Shown here: piece after piece, positions 27,622 to 37,051 of the stretch
Layout: each line of letters starts with the position of its first letter
How positions within the stretch are numbered: the first letter of the stretch is position 1
Origin: a virus
Lineage: Duplodnaviria > Caudoviricetes
Length of the DNA: 64,000 bases
IMG/VR virus record: IMGVR_UViG_3300006033_000027
Span: 1,322-65,321 of that record
Strand: one strand, 5' to 3'
Made by a program: the position numbers and the translations under genes
Notes under the pieces: model-generated
Seen by the model: the letters and a program-made list of their open reading frames with translations, nothing else
Databases searched by the model: none
What the model was told of the DNA's origin: nothing

Positions 27622-27694
27622 TGGCCTGTGGTGTAAACGGCGAACATGCTCGGCTGTTACCCGAGTGTTCTAGGTTCGAATCCTGGCGGGTCAG
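27622..27694 (+). tRNA. tRNA-Asn(GTT)
   Basis: TGGCCTG/CGGGTCA-G; CTCGG CTGTTAC CCGAG; CTAGG TTCGAAT CCTGG. Confidence 0.9.
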
Positions 27695-27748
27695 CAATGA
27701 GAGGCGAGGTGCCACAAGGGGCTCCCGAGTAGCTACCCTCTCAGAAGT

Positions 27749-27820
27749 CCTAGCCGATGCGAAAGTAGTAACATCGCCCGTGGACCCGGTACGCGCTCCG
27801 GATCTCCTAGGGTCGCTAGG
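27749..27820 (+). ncRNA. Structured RNA candidate (three-way junction)
   Basis: CCTAGC/GCTAGG closes CGATG..CATCG and CCC..CCGG/CCGG..GGG arms. Confidence 0.4.
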
Positions 27821-27840
27821 CAAGATTTACAACTGAATAA

Positions 27841-27957
27841 CTGCCCTGCTTGTCGGGAAACTCAACCAAACAGGGGTGACCTGCAATCACCCCGACGAGG
27901 TGGCTCTGAAACCCCGCGGAGGCTTCTAGGGGGTGGGTTCGATTCCCACCAGGGCAG
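27841..27957 (+). ncRNA. Expanded tRNA-like RNA
   Basis: 8-bp stem CTGCCCTG/CAGGGCAG plus perfect T-arm GTGGG TTCGATT CCCAC; non-canonical interior. Confidence 0.6.
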
Positions 27958-28062
27958 CTACCCCCGGTCTGTGAGGATGTCCACTCCCTCGCCCGGGGCC
28001 TATACGAAACGCAGGGCCGGTTCCTCCGGACGATGAAGAACGTGAGACTACTAGGAGGAACA

Positions 28063-30297
28063 TTGAGCATAGACTACGAAGCCTTTCTCTCCGCTGTGTG
28101 GGGAGATCTCGAAGGGAACGTAGTCATCGCTCGGCCCTCGGCGCCGGGTTTGGCTCCGAACATCCACGACTGGTTCTACTATCCGAACGATCTCCCAGAG
28201 ATGGTGAACCACATCGAGTGGCACAACGACATCGACCTGTACCTGGGGGTCTCCACCTACGGGGAAGAACTCAACGAGCGGGGCACCCGGGCCAAGACCA
28301 AGGAGAACACTCTCCAGGCTGCGGCGGTGTGGTCGGACGCTGACTCCTTCGATCCCGAGGGCTTCCGCGTCGAACCGTCGATCATCGTTCACACCTCCGA
28401 AGGGCACACCCATTGCTGGTGGCTTCTCGATGAGGTCGTTGACGCCGATGACGCCGCCCACGTCTCGGACCTGATTGCCCACGCCCACCGCGGAGAAGGT
28501 GCGGACTGGACCGGCTCTTCCGCCAAGATCCTTCGCATCCCGGGCACCACGAACAACAAGTACGGTCAGGCCCAAGATGTCACCGTGGACTACGGGGGCA
28601 CACTGTACTCCCTGGACGAGATCGAAGACGCGTACTCGGACATCGACATCCGAGCCACCACCTCTGAGCCGGGAGATTTCGTTGACCCGCTGGAGGAAGT
28701 GGAGTCGGCGCTGGATCTGATCGAGCAAATCCCAGAACATCGCACCGACATCCGGGAACTCCTTTACCACGAACCCCCCGAGGGCAAGCGGTCGGAGATG
28801 CGGCACAAGCTCCTGCGAGAACTGATCGAGTTGAACCAGTTCACGGGAATGCAGGTGGCGGCTATCGCCTGGGTCGCCAAGTGCTCGTCCAAGTGGGTCC
28901 ACGATGACCCCCGCGGCTTCGAGGGCATGATCTACGAGGTCAACCGAGCCCACGCCAGGCCGGGCACCCCCGGCACGACACCCCCTTCCGTGCCGCCTAG
29001 CCCCGACCCGGTAGTAGATGACTCGATCCGGCCCGAGCGGGTCAACCTGCTGTCGGACAAGGAGCGGAACTCCCTGGGAACCGACGACTGGGTGGAGAAG
29101 TACCTCGCCGCGGGCTACAAGCTCCACGGAGAGAGGACCAACGAGCCCTACTACCGCACGGGAGCCATCCTCGTCTTGTCGTCCACCCTGGGGGATCTCG
29201 GGTACTTCGACTTCGAGGGGCGCCGGGTGAACACGAACAACTACAACCTGACTATCGGACATTCGACCACGGGGAAGTCTGAGGAAGCGGAACTGGCAGA
29301 CGAGGTGATCGTGGGGTATTGGAACGGATACTACAACCCGTTCATCGGTGGAAACGCCTCTCCCGCAGGACTAGCCCGAGAGATCATCGAGAATCACAAC
29401 GGCTCCGCGGCGCTCTACACCTACGACGAGGCGAGCGCGGTCTTCCGAGGCATGAAGAACGCGGACTGGCGAAGTGAACTCTCGGAGTTTTTGCTCAGTG
29501 CCTACGACGGCAAGGTGGAGAAGGTCCACAAGGTCTCCAGCCAGGACATCTCCAACGTCGATGTCACGGCCAATCTCTCGTTGCGGTTCCTCACCACCCC
29601 GGAGAAGGCGTTCGAGTCCATGACCATTGGCATGTTCAACGACGGTCTGCTCGCCCGATTCATCATCACAGTGGGTAAGCCGAAGGAACGCATTCGCCGG
29701 AAGAATCGTGTGCGACACGAGGCGGGGGATGCTCAGTCCATCAAGAGGAATCTGTGGCTGGATCTGGAGAAGTCTCGGAAGGATCTGGTCGGAGGATCAG
29801 GGTTCCCGGCATCCAAGCTGGAGTTCACCTTCTCGGATGAGGCTCTGAACCGGCTGGACGAGGCTCTGGACTCTCTGGATGACCGCTTCGAACACGAGGA
29901 TCGCTATGAAGCCACCCTCTCTCCGATCATCAACCGTCTGACGAACACCGCAAAGAAGACCGCGCTGCTGTTGGCCCTGTACGAGGGTCATCGGGAGGTG
30001 CAGCTTCGTCACATGCTGCTGGCCCTACGAGAGGTCGAGATCTGGTTCGGAAACTCGATCTGGCTGCTGCGTATGCTGTCGTCGTCCGAGTTCGCCGCGG
30101 ACTGTGATCGGCTGGAAGCCTGGATCGCCCGACAGCCGAAGAGCCACGTCCGGAGGGACAAGGTTTATCGCTACCAGAAGGATGCTCTCCCCATGCAGGT
30201 GGAAATGCGCTTGACTTCTTTGCGATCCCAGGGGAGAATCAAGGACACCAATGTCGATGGCGTTCCGTACATCGCCATCACACAGAGAGGGGCATGA
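28063..30297 (+). CDS. Primase-polymerase / helicase fusion (RepB-like primase plus P-loop domain)
   Basis: WSDAD..PSIIVHTSEGHTHCWW..LRIPGTTNNK; GHSTTGKS, YDEA, GLLARF; TTG after AGGAGG. Confidence 0.85.
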   Translation: MSIDYEAFLSAVWGDLEGNVVIARPSAPGLAPNIHDWFYYPNDLPEMVNHIEWHNDIDLYLGVSTYGEELNERGTRAKTKENTLQAAAVWSDADSFDPEGFRVEPSIIVHTSEGHTHCWWLLDEVVDADDAAHVSDLIAHAHRGEGADWTGSSAKILRIPGTTNNKYGQAQDVTVDYGGTLYSLDEIEDAYSDIDIRATTSEPGDFVDPLEEVESALDLIEQIPEHRTDIRELLYHEPPEGKRSEMRHKLLRELIELNQFTGMQVAAIAWVAKCSSKWVHDDPRGFEGMIYEVNRAHARPGTPGTTPPSVPPSPDPVVDDSIRPERVNLLSDKERNSLGTDDWVEKYLAAGYKLHGERTNEPYYRTGAILVLSSTLGDLGYFDFEGRRVNTNNYNLTIGHSTTGKSEEAELADEVIVGYWNGYYNPFIGGNASPAGLAREIIENHNGSAALYTYDEASAVFRGMKNADWRSELSEFLLSAYDGKVEKVHKVSSQDISNVDVTANLSLRFLTTPEKAFESMTIGMFNDGLLARFIITVGKPKERIRRKNRVRHEAGDAQSIKRNLWLDLEKSRKDLVGGSGFPASKLEFTFSDEALNRLDEALDSLDDRFEHEDRYEATLSPIINRLTNTAKKTALLLALYEGHREVQLRHMLLALREVEIWFGNSIWLLRMLSSSEFAADCDRLEAWIARQPKSHVRRDKVYRYQKDALPMQVEMRLTSLRSQGRIKDTNVDGVPYIAITQRGA

Positions 30298-30641
30298 TGA
30301 CCGAACACTACCCGCACCTGGAAGTCCAGGAGCTTTCTGACGAAAGTGATCTCTTCCTCGTTACCCGAACCGATGGGCGATATGCCTCCATAGATGATTC
30401 AGAAGCGGTCCTAGCTGTTCTAGATTTTCTGTTCGAGACCGACCGAGATTACCTGGATGACTACTTCGAACTTCTGATGACATTGCCTGTCGTCTCATAT
30501 AACCATCTCTATTGGAACGATGACCCGGAGGTGGACGGGGCGGTTTTGTATCGTGACTGGGTGCGTCGAGATGAGACTTTCTACGGAACCCTGATCGGGG
30601 AAGCTCAGCCGATTTCGTTGGGGAAAGGCATTCTGCGGTGA
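30294..30641 (+). CDS. Acidic hypothetical protein
   Basis: Coupled ORF. Confidence 0.65.
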   Translation: MMTEHYPHLEVQELSDESDLFLVTRTDGRYASIDDSEAVLAVLDFLFETDRDYLDDYFELLMTLPVVSYNHLYWNDDPEVDGAVLYRDWVRRDETFYGTLIGEAQPISLGKGILR

Positions 30642-31075
30642 CTCGCATTCTCGTAACGGGTTCCCGGGACTGGGATGACCCCGAGTTCGTGGACGACTTG
30701 ATCTGCGATTACTGGAGATGGCACGAGTCCGCTCTCGTAGTGGTGCGGGGTGACTGCCCAACGGGTGCTGACGCCCACGCAGGTCAGGCAGTAATACGCC
30801 TCCAGGGTGAGGGCTTCGACGCGACCGAAGAGGTCTACAAGGCTTATTGGGAGCAGTACGGCAAACGCGCCGGGTTTCTCCGCAACAAGGAGATGGTGGA
30901 CGACGGAGGGGCGGAGGTGTGCCTGGCGTTCATTCGGAATGGTTCTCGTGGTGCTACCATGACCGCGGATTTGGCCGAGAAGTCCGGGATTCCCACTGTG
31001 AGATTTGAACGGTGGTCACCACACATTCGCCCGGGCTTGAAGTACGTCCCGGGTGGGACGGTGACTTTCGAATGA
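30638..31075 (+). CDS. SLOG/DUF2493 (YspA/DprA-like) protein
   Basis: ILVTGSRDW..G.CPTGAD..AGFLRNKEMVD..SRGA. Confidence 0.85.
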   Translation: MTRILVTGSRDWDDPEFVDDLICDYWRWHESALVVVRGDCPTGADAHAGQAVIRLQGEGFDATEEVYKAYWEQYGKRAGFLRNKEMVDDGGAEVCLAFIRNGSRGATMTADLAEKSGIPTVRFERWSPHIRPGLKYVPGGTVTFE

Positions 31076-31093
31076 CGACTGGAGCACGATCCC

Positions 31094-31189
31094 GTGGCTA
31101 AGAAAGTCCTTGTGTTCGACATCGAGAGCTACGGTGCCGAGTTCCTATGGGACATGCCTCCCCGCCAGTTCATGCGGTTGTTCCAGTAG
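31094..31189 (+). pseudogene. Orphaned old 5' end of the DNA polymerase gene
   Basis: MAKKVLVFDIESYGAEFLWDMPPRQFMRLFQ* versus polA MSKKKVLVFDLETYGAEFIWDMPSRSFVRLMQY. Confidence 0.85.
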
Positions 31190-31206
31190 TGTGGTAGGGT
31201 GCTTGG

Positions 31207-31749
31207 ATGAACTACAAACGTCAGCCCCGGGCAGGAATGTGCGTACATGCAGACTGTTCTAATGGGCAGTACGCTCGGGGTCGTTGCAAATACCACTACA
31301 ACTTAGATAGAGAACACGGTCTTTTTGGACACCCGACGTGCCCTGAAGATGGATGCGACCGTGCTGCGACAGTATCGGGGCGATGCCGACTTCATCACGA
31401 GAGATTCATAGGCGGTCGAGAAATGGGGGCACCCTTGCGGAAAACGGATTCCGACGGCTGGGGGTCTTGGTACGTTGAAAAGTCCTCGGGGTATGTTCAG
31501 CGAGCACGCAGGGGGGTGGGTCGGAAATCCCACGAGAGGCAATATCAGCACCGTGTCGTTATGGCGGAACATATTGGTCGCCCCCTGACAAGAGAAGAAA
31601 CTGTTCACCATGTCAATGGGGATCGCTCGGATAACAGATTGGAGAACTTGGAGTTGTGGAGTAGTTCACAACCAGCGGGACAGCGGGTTGCGGACAAAGT
31701 AGCTTGGGCTCGGGAGATTCTATCTCGTTACGGAGAGTCAGATGTCTAA
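31207..31749 (+). CDS. HNH homing endonuclease
   Basis: Two C..C..C..H fingers; HRVVM..VHHVNGDRSDNRLENL; leaderless TGGTAGGGT promoter. Confidence 0.9.
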   Translation: MNYKRQPRAGMCVHADCSNGQYARGRCKYHYNLDREHGLFGHPTCPEDGCDRAATVSGRCRLHHERFIGGREMGAPLRKTDSDGWGSWYVEKSSGYVQRARRGVGRKSHERQYQHRVVMAEHIGRPLTREETVHHVNGDRSDNRLENLELWSSSQPAGQRVADKVAWAREILSRYGESDV

Positions 31750-33622
31750 AAAGAAGGTTCTAGTTTTTGACCTGGAAACCTACGGAGCAGAGTTTATTTG
31801 GGATATGCCCTCCAGGTCCTTTGTTCGCCTCATGCAGTACGCCTGGGGCTCCGATGGCGAGGTCCATCTGACCACGGACTACGACGAGGCTATGGATCTG
31901 CTGCTCCAGGCCGACCGCTGGATTGGACATAACATTATTAGTTACGACCTTCCGGCTATGTTCGGCAAGGAGTCCACGGTGCCGCTGGAGGCTGCCCAGG
32001 CGGGCAAGGTCTTCGACACGATGGTTCATGCCAGTCTGGTGTACCCGCCGCCGTCCGTCTTCACGACTCGGGAGGGGCACACCCACTATGACGGGTCGAG
32101 CCCGGGCAAGGCAAAGAAGTGGCTGGCTCTGGATAACCTGTGCTTCCAGTTGGGACTCTCCGGTAAGGTGGCTGATCTGAAGAAGCTCGCTGCTCAGTAC
32201 AGGGTAGACCGGGATGACCCGGAGCAGATGGAAGAACTTCTCAACATCTACGATGCCTGGTCGGAAGACGAACTCCCCCCGTGGGCCTTCGACCCGTATG
32301 GGCGCATCCCCCTGGGAGACCCGGACTTCCTGGAGTACGCCGAACAGGATGTGGTTGCTGAGCAGGAACTCACTGTCGAACTGACGAAGCAAACCCCCCT
32401 GACTGACTACCACTGGCGGGAACAACTGGTCGTCTCAATCAACGCACAGATCACTCGCAACGGATTCACCGTGGACACCGCAGCGGCTCAGGAGCGAGTA
32501 GAAGAACTTGCTATCCGGCGCCAAGAGATCATGGACGAGATCGGGCAGAAGTATGAACTGCCCACGGAGGGGAAGAGCCCCTGGGCGACCAACGCGGGCA
32601 AGGAAGTCATCTTTGCGGTCCTCGCAGAGCACGGCATCACACCGGAGAACACCCCCTCGTGGCCCAAGACCGACACCAACAATCCCTCCCTGGGTGGGGA
32701 AGCTCTTATCCAGATCACCGAGGGTACCGGCGCCGCGGAGTTCGCTCAGGCTCTCGCGGAGTTGAAGGGCCAGCGATCCCTCGCTCAACTCGCCCTGGAC
32801 TCCACGCACAGTGACGGTAAGGCTCACCCGGACATCACCACCTTCCAGCGATCCGGTCGCACCAGTGTCACCAAGCCGGGCCTCACCGTCTGGACAGACA
32901 AGGGTGATAACCGGGTGGAGAAGCGGTACTTCGTGGCCTCCCCGGGGCGGAAGATCGTGGAGTTCGACTACAGCCAGGCGGACGCCCGGGTGGTCGCGGC
33001 ATACTCAGGTGATTGGGAGTTCGCCAAGCGGTTCGAACCCGGTGCCGACGCCCATGACATCTCCGGTCGAGTCTTCTTCGGAGATAAGTACGACCGAGAA
33101 GAGCACCGGCAGATCGCCAAGGCAGCCAACCATGCTCTCGGATACCGGGTCGGAAAGAAGAAGCTCGCCACGGTGATCGGAACCACGGAAGAAGTCGCTG
33201 GCAAGTTCATTCGTGCTTACCAGAACGAGTATCCGCACGTTTACTCCTGGCAGGAGGATGCCACCCGGCGCGGGGAGAGCGGATGGATCACGAACGACTG
33301 GGGCCGCAAGATGCGAGTGGACAAGGACCGCTCGTTTACGCAGTCCTCGGCGCTGCTGGGTCAGTCCGGCACCCGGGAGATCATGTACGACGGGATGATC
33401 CGGATGCTGAACCAAGCTCCACGCCTTTTGACCTGGATCGTCGCCCCGGTGCATGACGCCCTCGTGTTCGACATTCCCGAGGACGAATTGGAGTGGACTC
33501 TCCTGACTATTCAAGAGTGCATGGAGCAGATGTTCAAGCCCAAGGACGCCCGGGGTCAGGAGATCTTCTTCTCCGTGGACCACGGCCACCCGGCAGATAA
33601 CTGGGAGGAAGCCGGACACTAA
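31742..33622 (+). CDS. polA: DNA polymerase I (family A)
   Basis: Exo motifs DLET, GHN..YD, YAEQD; pol motifs DYSQAD, R..AK..N...Y, VHD. Confidence 0.93.
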   Translation: MSKKKVLVFDLETYGAEFIWDMPSRSFVRLMQYAWGSDGEVHLTTDYDEAMDLLLQADRWIGHNIISYDLPAMFGKESTVPLEAAQAGKVFDTMVHASLVYPPPSVFTTREGHTHYDGSSPGKAKKWLALDNLCFQLGLSGKVADLKKLAAQYRVDRDDPEQMEELLNIYDAWSEDELPPWAFDPYGRIPLGDPDFLEYAEQDVVAEQELTVELTKQTPLTDYHWREQLVVSINAQITRNGFTVDTAAAQERVEELAIRRQEIMDEIGQKYELPTEGKSPWATNAGKEVIFAVLAEHGITPENTPSWPKTDTNNPSLGGEALIQITEGTGAAEFAQALAELKGQRSLAQLALDSTHSDGKAHPDITTFQRSGRTSVTKPGLTVWTDKGDNRVEKRYFVASPGRKIVEFDYSQADARVVAAYSGDWEFAKRFEPGADAHDISGRVFFGDKYDREEHRQIAKAANHALGYRVGKKKLATVIGTTEEVAGKFIRAYQNEYPHVYSWQEDATRRGESGWITNDWGRKMRVDKDRSFTQSSALLGQSGTREIMYDGMIRMLNQAPRLLTWIVAPVHDALVFDIPEDELEWTLLTIQECMEQMFKPKDARGQEIFFSVDHGHPADNWEEAGH

Positions 33623-33688
33623 GCCTTGACGTGAGGCTGTGGGATGGTTAGACTGTCCCGGTACAACGAGAGAAAGGGGTTACACAGG

Positions 33689-33872
33689 AATGCTTTGGGT
33701 TGCAATAATTCTCACCCTGCTGGTTCTGTTCATCGGAGCGGTTTGGGTGGCAATTTCTTGGGAGTTGGACTGGCTTCTGGGGATACTGGGCTGGTTCTTG
33801 GGGTTGACTGCCTCAGCAGCGGCCATCACGGGTGTCGTTGTGGTCTGGATGGCAGCAGTGGGGGCTCTCTGA
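33689..33872 (+). CDS. Membrane protein
   Basis: Two TM segments; ATG after CAGGA. Confidence 0.65.
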
Positions 33873-34399
33873 TGACCACGATTGCGATGGTAGAGCACCC
33901 CGACAAGGTAGAGATCGCCTGGGACAGCTTCATCACTTACCATACGGTAGAGGAACTGAACCAGGAATCCCACAGCAAGGTCTTCGAGAACTCCACCGTG
34001 GTGTTCGGAGTCTGTGGTCTTCTTCGGGTGCTCCAGGTGTTCGAATTTATGAGCATCCCCAAGCGCAAGAAGAACACAGACGGGCGGACCTACCTGGCGA
34101 AGAAGCTTGTCCCCGCGATGAAGTCCGCCTTGAAAGAAGCCTACGATCACGAGAAGTCCATCGACAGCACTTGGGAAGCCCTGGTCATCGTTGATGGAAG
34201 TGTCTACAACGTCGCCAGTGACTTTTCCTGGCTCCGGATGGAGAGCGATTTCTACGCCATCGGGTCTGGTCAGCGCATTGCCCGGGGGTACTACGAGGGC
34301 ACCAAGGACCTGAAGGGTTCCCTGGAAGCCGCTGCGAAGTGGGACCCCCACACAGGCGGAACCATCCACTACCTCGAAGCCGAGAAGGCCGTCGCATGA
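33872..34399 (+). CDS. HslV/proteasome-beta-like Ntn hydrolase
   Basis: Starts M-TTIA; DS..K; YAIGSG..A.G; D..TGG. Confidence 0.8.
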   Translation: MTTIAMVEHPDKVEIAWDSFITYHTVEELNQESHSKVFENSTVVFGVCGLLRVLQVFEFMSIPKRKKNTDGRTYLAKKLVPAMKSALKEAYDHEKSIDSTWEALVIVDGSVYNVASDFSWLRMESDFYAIGSGQRIARGYYEGTKDLKGSLEAAAKWDPHTGGTIHYLEAEKAVA

Positions 34400-35259
34400 G
34401 CGTCAAATTCGAGACCCGCATCGGCCCAGGCTTCTGGACCCACCCCACCTTCGAGGGAATGCACTTCCCTGCGGGGGAGGCGCACGTCAAGGTCATCAAC
34501 GAGAATGACCACAAGGGCGAACTGACCGAGGTAGCCACACTAAAAGGGGCGGATGGCAACGACCTGATGCTTCTTGCTGCTTGGGCCGATGCAGTTTGGG
34601 CTCGCGGTGGTCGCTCCGTGCTCATCGCTCCGTACCTGCCCGGTGCCCGGCAGGATAAAGACCTGGACTCGACTGCTTACCGAGACTTTTTTGACGGGTT
34701 GACGCTGGAGCAGATCATCGTCTTCGACCCGCACTCACAGGCCGCAGTGAACTACTACTGGAATCCCAAATTGACGGTGCTACACAGCGCACCTATCGTC
34801 CGTAAGATCGTGGGCCGGGTGGACAGCGACGAGAAGGCTCCGAACTACCACGGTCTGATCTGTCCCGACGAGGGTGCCATCGAGCGTACCAAGAGGATCG
34901 CCTCCGCTGTTCACCTGCCGATCTACTACGCCCGCAAGAAGCGGAACCCCGACACGGGCAAGCTCTCAGGCTTCGAGTGCGACCCGCTGCCCGACACCGG
35001 AAAGTTTCTCGTGGTCGATGACATCTGTGATGGCGGTGGCACCTTCCGCGGACTTGCTGAGGTCACCGGCCTGCCGAAGGAGCGCCTGGGTCTGTATGTC
35101 AGCCACGGGGTCTTCAGCGGATTGGCCCCCAACCTGTTCGATGATTTCGGACACATCTACACGACCAATTCCTATCCCGCTCAGTGGAACTTGAATCCTC
35201 CAGCCAACCTTTTCACCGAATTCGACATCGACCCACTACTGAAGGAGGCCATTCAATGA
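34396..35259 (+). CDS. Prs-like pyrophosphokinase (NARP1 Adps-like)
   Basis: FPAGE..PYLPGARQD..DPHS..PDEGA..K.R..VVDDICDGGGTF..VSHG. Confidence 0.88.
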   Translation: MSVKFETRIGPGFWTHPTFEGMHFPAGEAHVKVINENDHKGELTEVATLKGADGNDLMLLAAWADAVWARGGRSVLIAPYLPGARQDKDLDSTAYRDFFDGLTLEQIIVFDPHSQAAVNYYWNPKLTVLHSAPIVRKIVGRVDSDEKAPNYHGLICPDEGAIERTKRIASAVHLPIYYARKKRNPDTGKLSGFECDPLPDTGKFLVVDDICDGGGTFRGLAEVTGLPKERLGLYVSHGVFSGLAPNLFDDFGHIYTTNSYPAQWNLNPPANLFTEFDIDPLLKEAIQ

Positions 35260-36791
35260 TTGCACCCACCGTCACCGCTCCACTGTTCGAGACCGACGCT
35301 TATAAACTCGGCCACAAGGACCAGTACCCCGAGGGGACTGAGTACGTCTACTCCAACTTCACCAACCGCGGTTCCCGGCTGCCGGAGGTGACCAGCGTGG
35401 TCCACTTCGGGCTCCAGGCGTTCATCGAACGATACTGTATGGAAGCCTTCGAGCCGTTCTTCGAAGCTGACGAGGACTTCGTGGCTCAGGAGTACGAGGA
35501 CGTAGTGACCTCCATCCTCGGACCCAACAACATCGGCTCCGACCACATCCGGGCTCTGCATCGCAAGGGCTACCTGCCGTTGAAGTTCTGTGCCGTGCCC
35601 GAGGGCACGCTGGTGCCGCTGCGAGTTCCGTCATTCACCGTGGAGAATACCGATCCCGAGTTCTTCTGGCTGACCAACTACATCGAGACCGTGCTGTCGG
35701 CCTCCGTGTGGCACCCCAGCACCACGGCGACCATCGCTCACGAGTATCGGCTTCTGCTAGATGCCTGGGCGGAGAAGACGGGCGGAGATCCGCTGTTCGT
35801 ACCCTGGCAGGGCCACGACTTCTCATATCGGGGGCTCCCGGGGACCGACGCGGCAGCCGCCTCCGGCGCCGGGCACCTGCTGTCGTTCAACGGCAGTGAC
35901 TCCCTGGCTTCTTTGGCGTGGATCGACGGCTATTACGGATCATGGCGTGGTGACCCGATCCTCGGTAGCGTTCCAGCCACGGAGCACTCCGTCATGTGCG
36001 CGGGTGGTATGGACGACGAGCTTGGCACCTACGAGCGTCTGCTGAACACCTACCCCAGCGGCATCGTCTCCATCGTGAGCGACACCTGGGACCTCTGGCG
36101 CGTGCTCACAGAGCACCTGCCCACGCTGAAGGACAAGATCCTCGCCCGCGACGGCAAGGTGGTCATCCGCCCCGACTCCGGCAACCCCGTGGACATCTTG
36201 ACTGGGACTGTCTCCTTCGAGGGTAGCGGGCACGGTGAAGAATGGTACGCGGGTTGGTCCAAGAACGAGGGCGCAACCTCTGCCGAAATCGGCGTCGTGG
36301 AACTGCTCTGGAACACCTTCGGCGGCACGGTGAACGAGAAGGGCTACAAGGTTCTGGACTCGCACATCGGCACCATCTACGGCGACTCGATCACCCTGGA
36401 GCGCGCCGACGAGATCTGCCGCCGCCTGGAGGCCAAGGGCTTCGCGTCCACCAACGTGGTCTTCGGCATCGGCTCGTACACCTACCAGTACGTCACCCGA
36501 GACACCTTCGGCTCCGCGATCAAGGCCACCTGGGTCCAGATCAACGGCGAGGGCAAGGCCATCCAGAAGTCTCCGGTCACTGACTCGGGCCTGAAGAAGT
36601 CCGCCACGGGGCGGCTGGCTGTGATCGAGAAGGACGGTGTGCTCACACTGGTGGAGAATGCGACTCCGTATGACGAACTGGAGAGTGAACTCCGCACCAC
36701 CTGGGTGGATGGACACTTCACGATTCATCAGAGCTTCGACAGCGTGCGCGATGTCCTGGCGGATTCCGGCGTGAAGCTGGTGCTGCCGTGA
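35256..36791 (+). CDS. Nampt-like phosphoribosyltransferase (NARP1 Namat-like)
   Basis: TDAYKLGH..QYP; HDFSYRG; SVPATEHSVM; VSDTWD; IRPDSG; YGDSIT; RDT; KKSA.G. Confidence 0.92.
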   Translation: MIAPTVTAPLFETDAYKLGHKDQYPEGTEYVYSNFTNRGSRLPEVTSVVHFGLQAFIERYCMEAFEPFFEADEDFVAQEYEDVVTSILGPNNIGSDHIRALHRKGYLPLKFCAVPEGTLVPLRVPSFTVENTDPEFFWLTNYIETVLSASVWHPSTTATIAHEYRLLLDAWAEKTGGDPLFVPWQGHDFSYRGLPGTDAAAASGAGHLLSFNGSDSLASLAWIDGYYGSWRGDPILGSVPATEHSVMCAGGMDDELGTYERLLNTYPSGIVSIVSDTWDLWRVLTEHLPTLKDKILARDGKVVIRPDSGNPVDILTGTVSFEGSGHGEEWYAGWSKNEGATSAEIGVVELLWNTFGGTVNEKGYKVLDSHIGTIYGDSITLERADEICRRLEAKGFASTNVVFGIGSYTYQYVTRDTFGSAIKATWVQINGEGKAIQKSPVTDSGLKKSATGRLAVIEKDGVLTLVENATPYDELESELRTTWVDGHFTIHQSFDSVRDVLADSGVKLVLP

Positions 36792-37051
36792 GCGCCATCG
36801 CTCTCATCCGGACGGAGACCGGAAGCGTCTACTGGTTCGATCCCACGGAGATGACCCTGACCCGAGTGGTTGTCGGCGCCAAAGCGAATGATCTTCGCCG
36901 AGATGGGGAAGCTCTGAAGGTTCGTGGTGTCAGTGAACTCCGGGTCGGGAAGTCCGCGGTGTTCACCCTGGAGCCTTTGGGCGAGGGGGATGTCACAGTG
37001 AGAACCACAAGCCCCGTTGTCTCTATCGTGAAGGTGGTGATCGGATCGTGA
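36788..37051 (+). CDS. Hypothetical protein
   Basis: GTGA overlap. Confidence 0.7.
   Translation: MSAIALIRTETGSVYWFDPTEMTLTRVVVGAKANDLRRDGEALKVRGVSELRVGKSAVFTLEPLGEGDVTVRTTSPVVSIVKVVIGS

Noticed and set aside
31094-31749. Group I intron or intein in polA (and at 24955)
   Set aside because: Only 17 nt separate the stub from the HNH and there is no ribozyme core; the duplicated N-terminus makes splicing unnecessary
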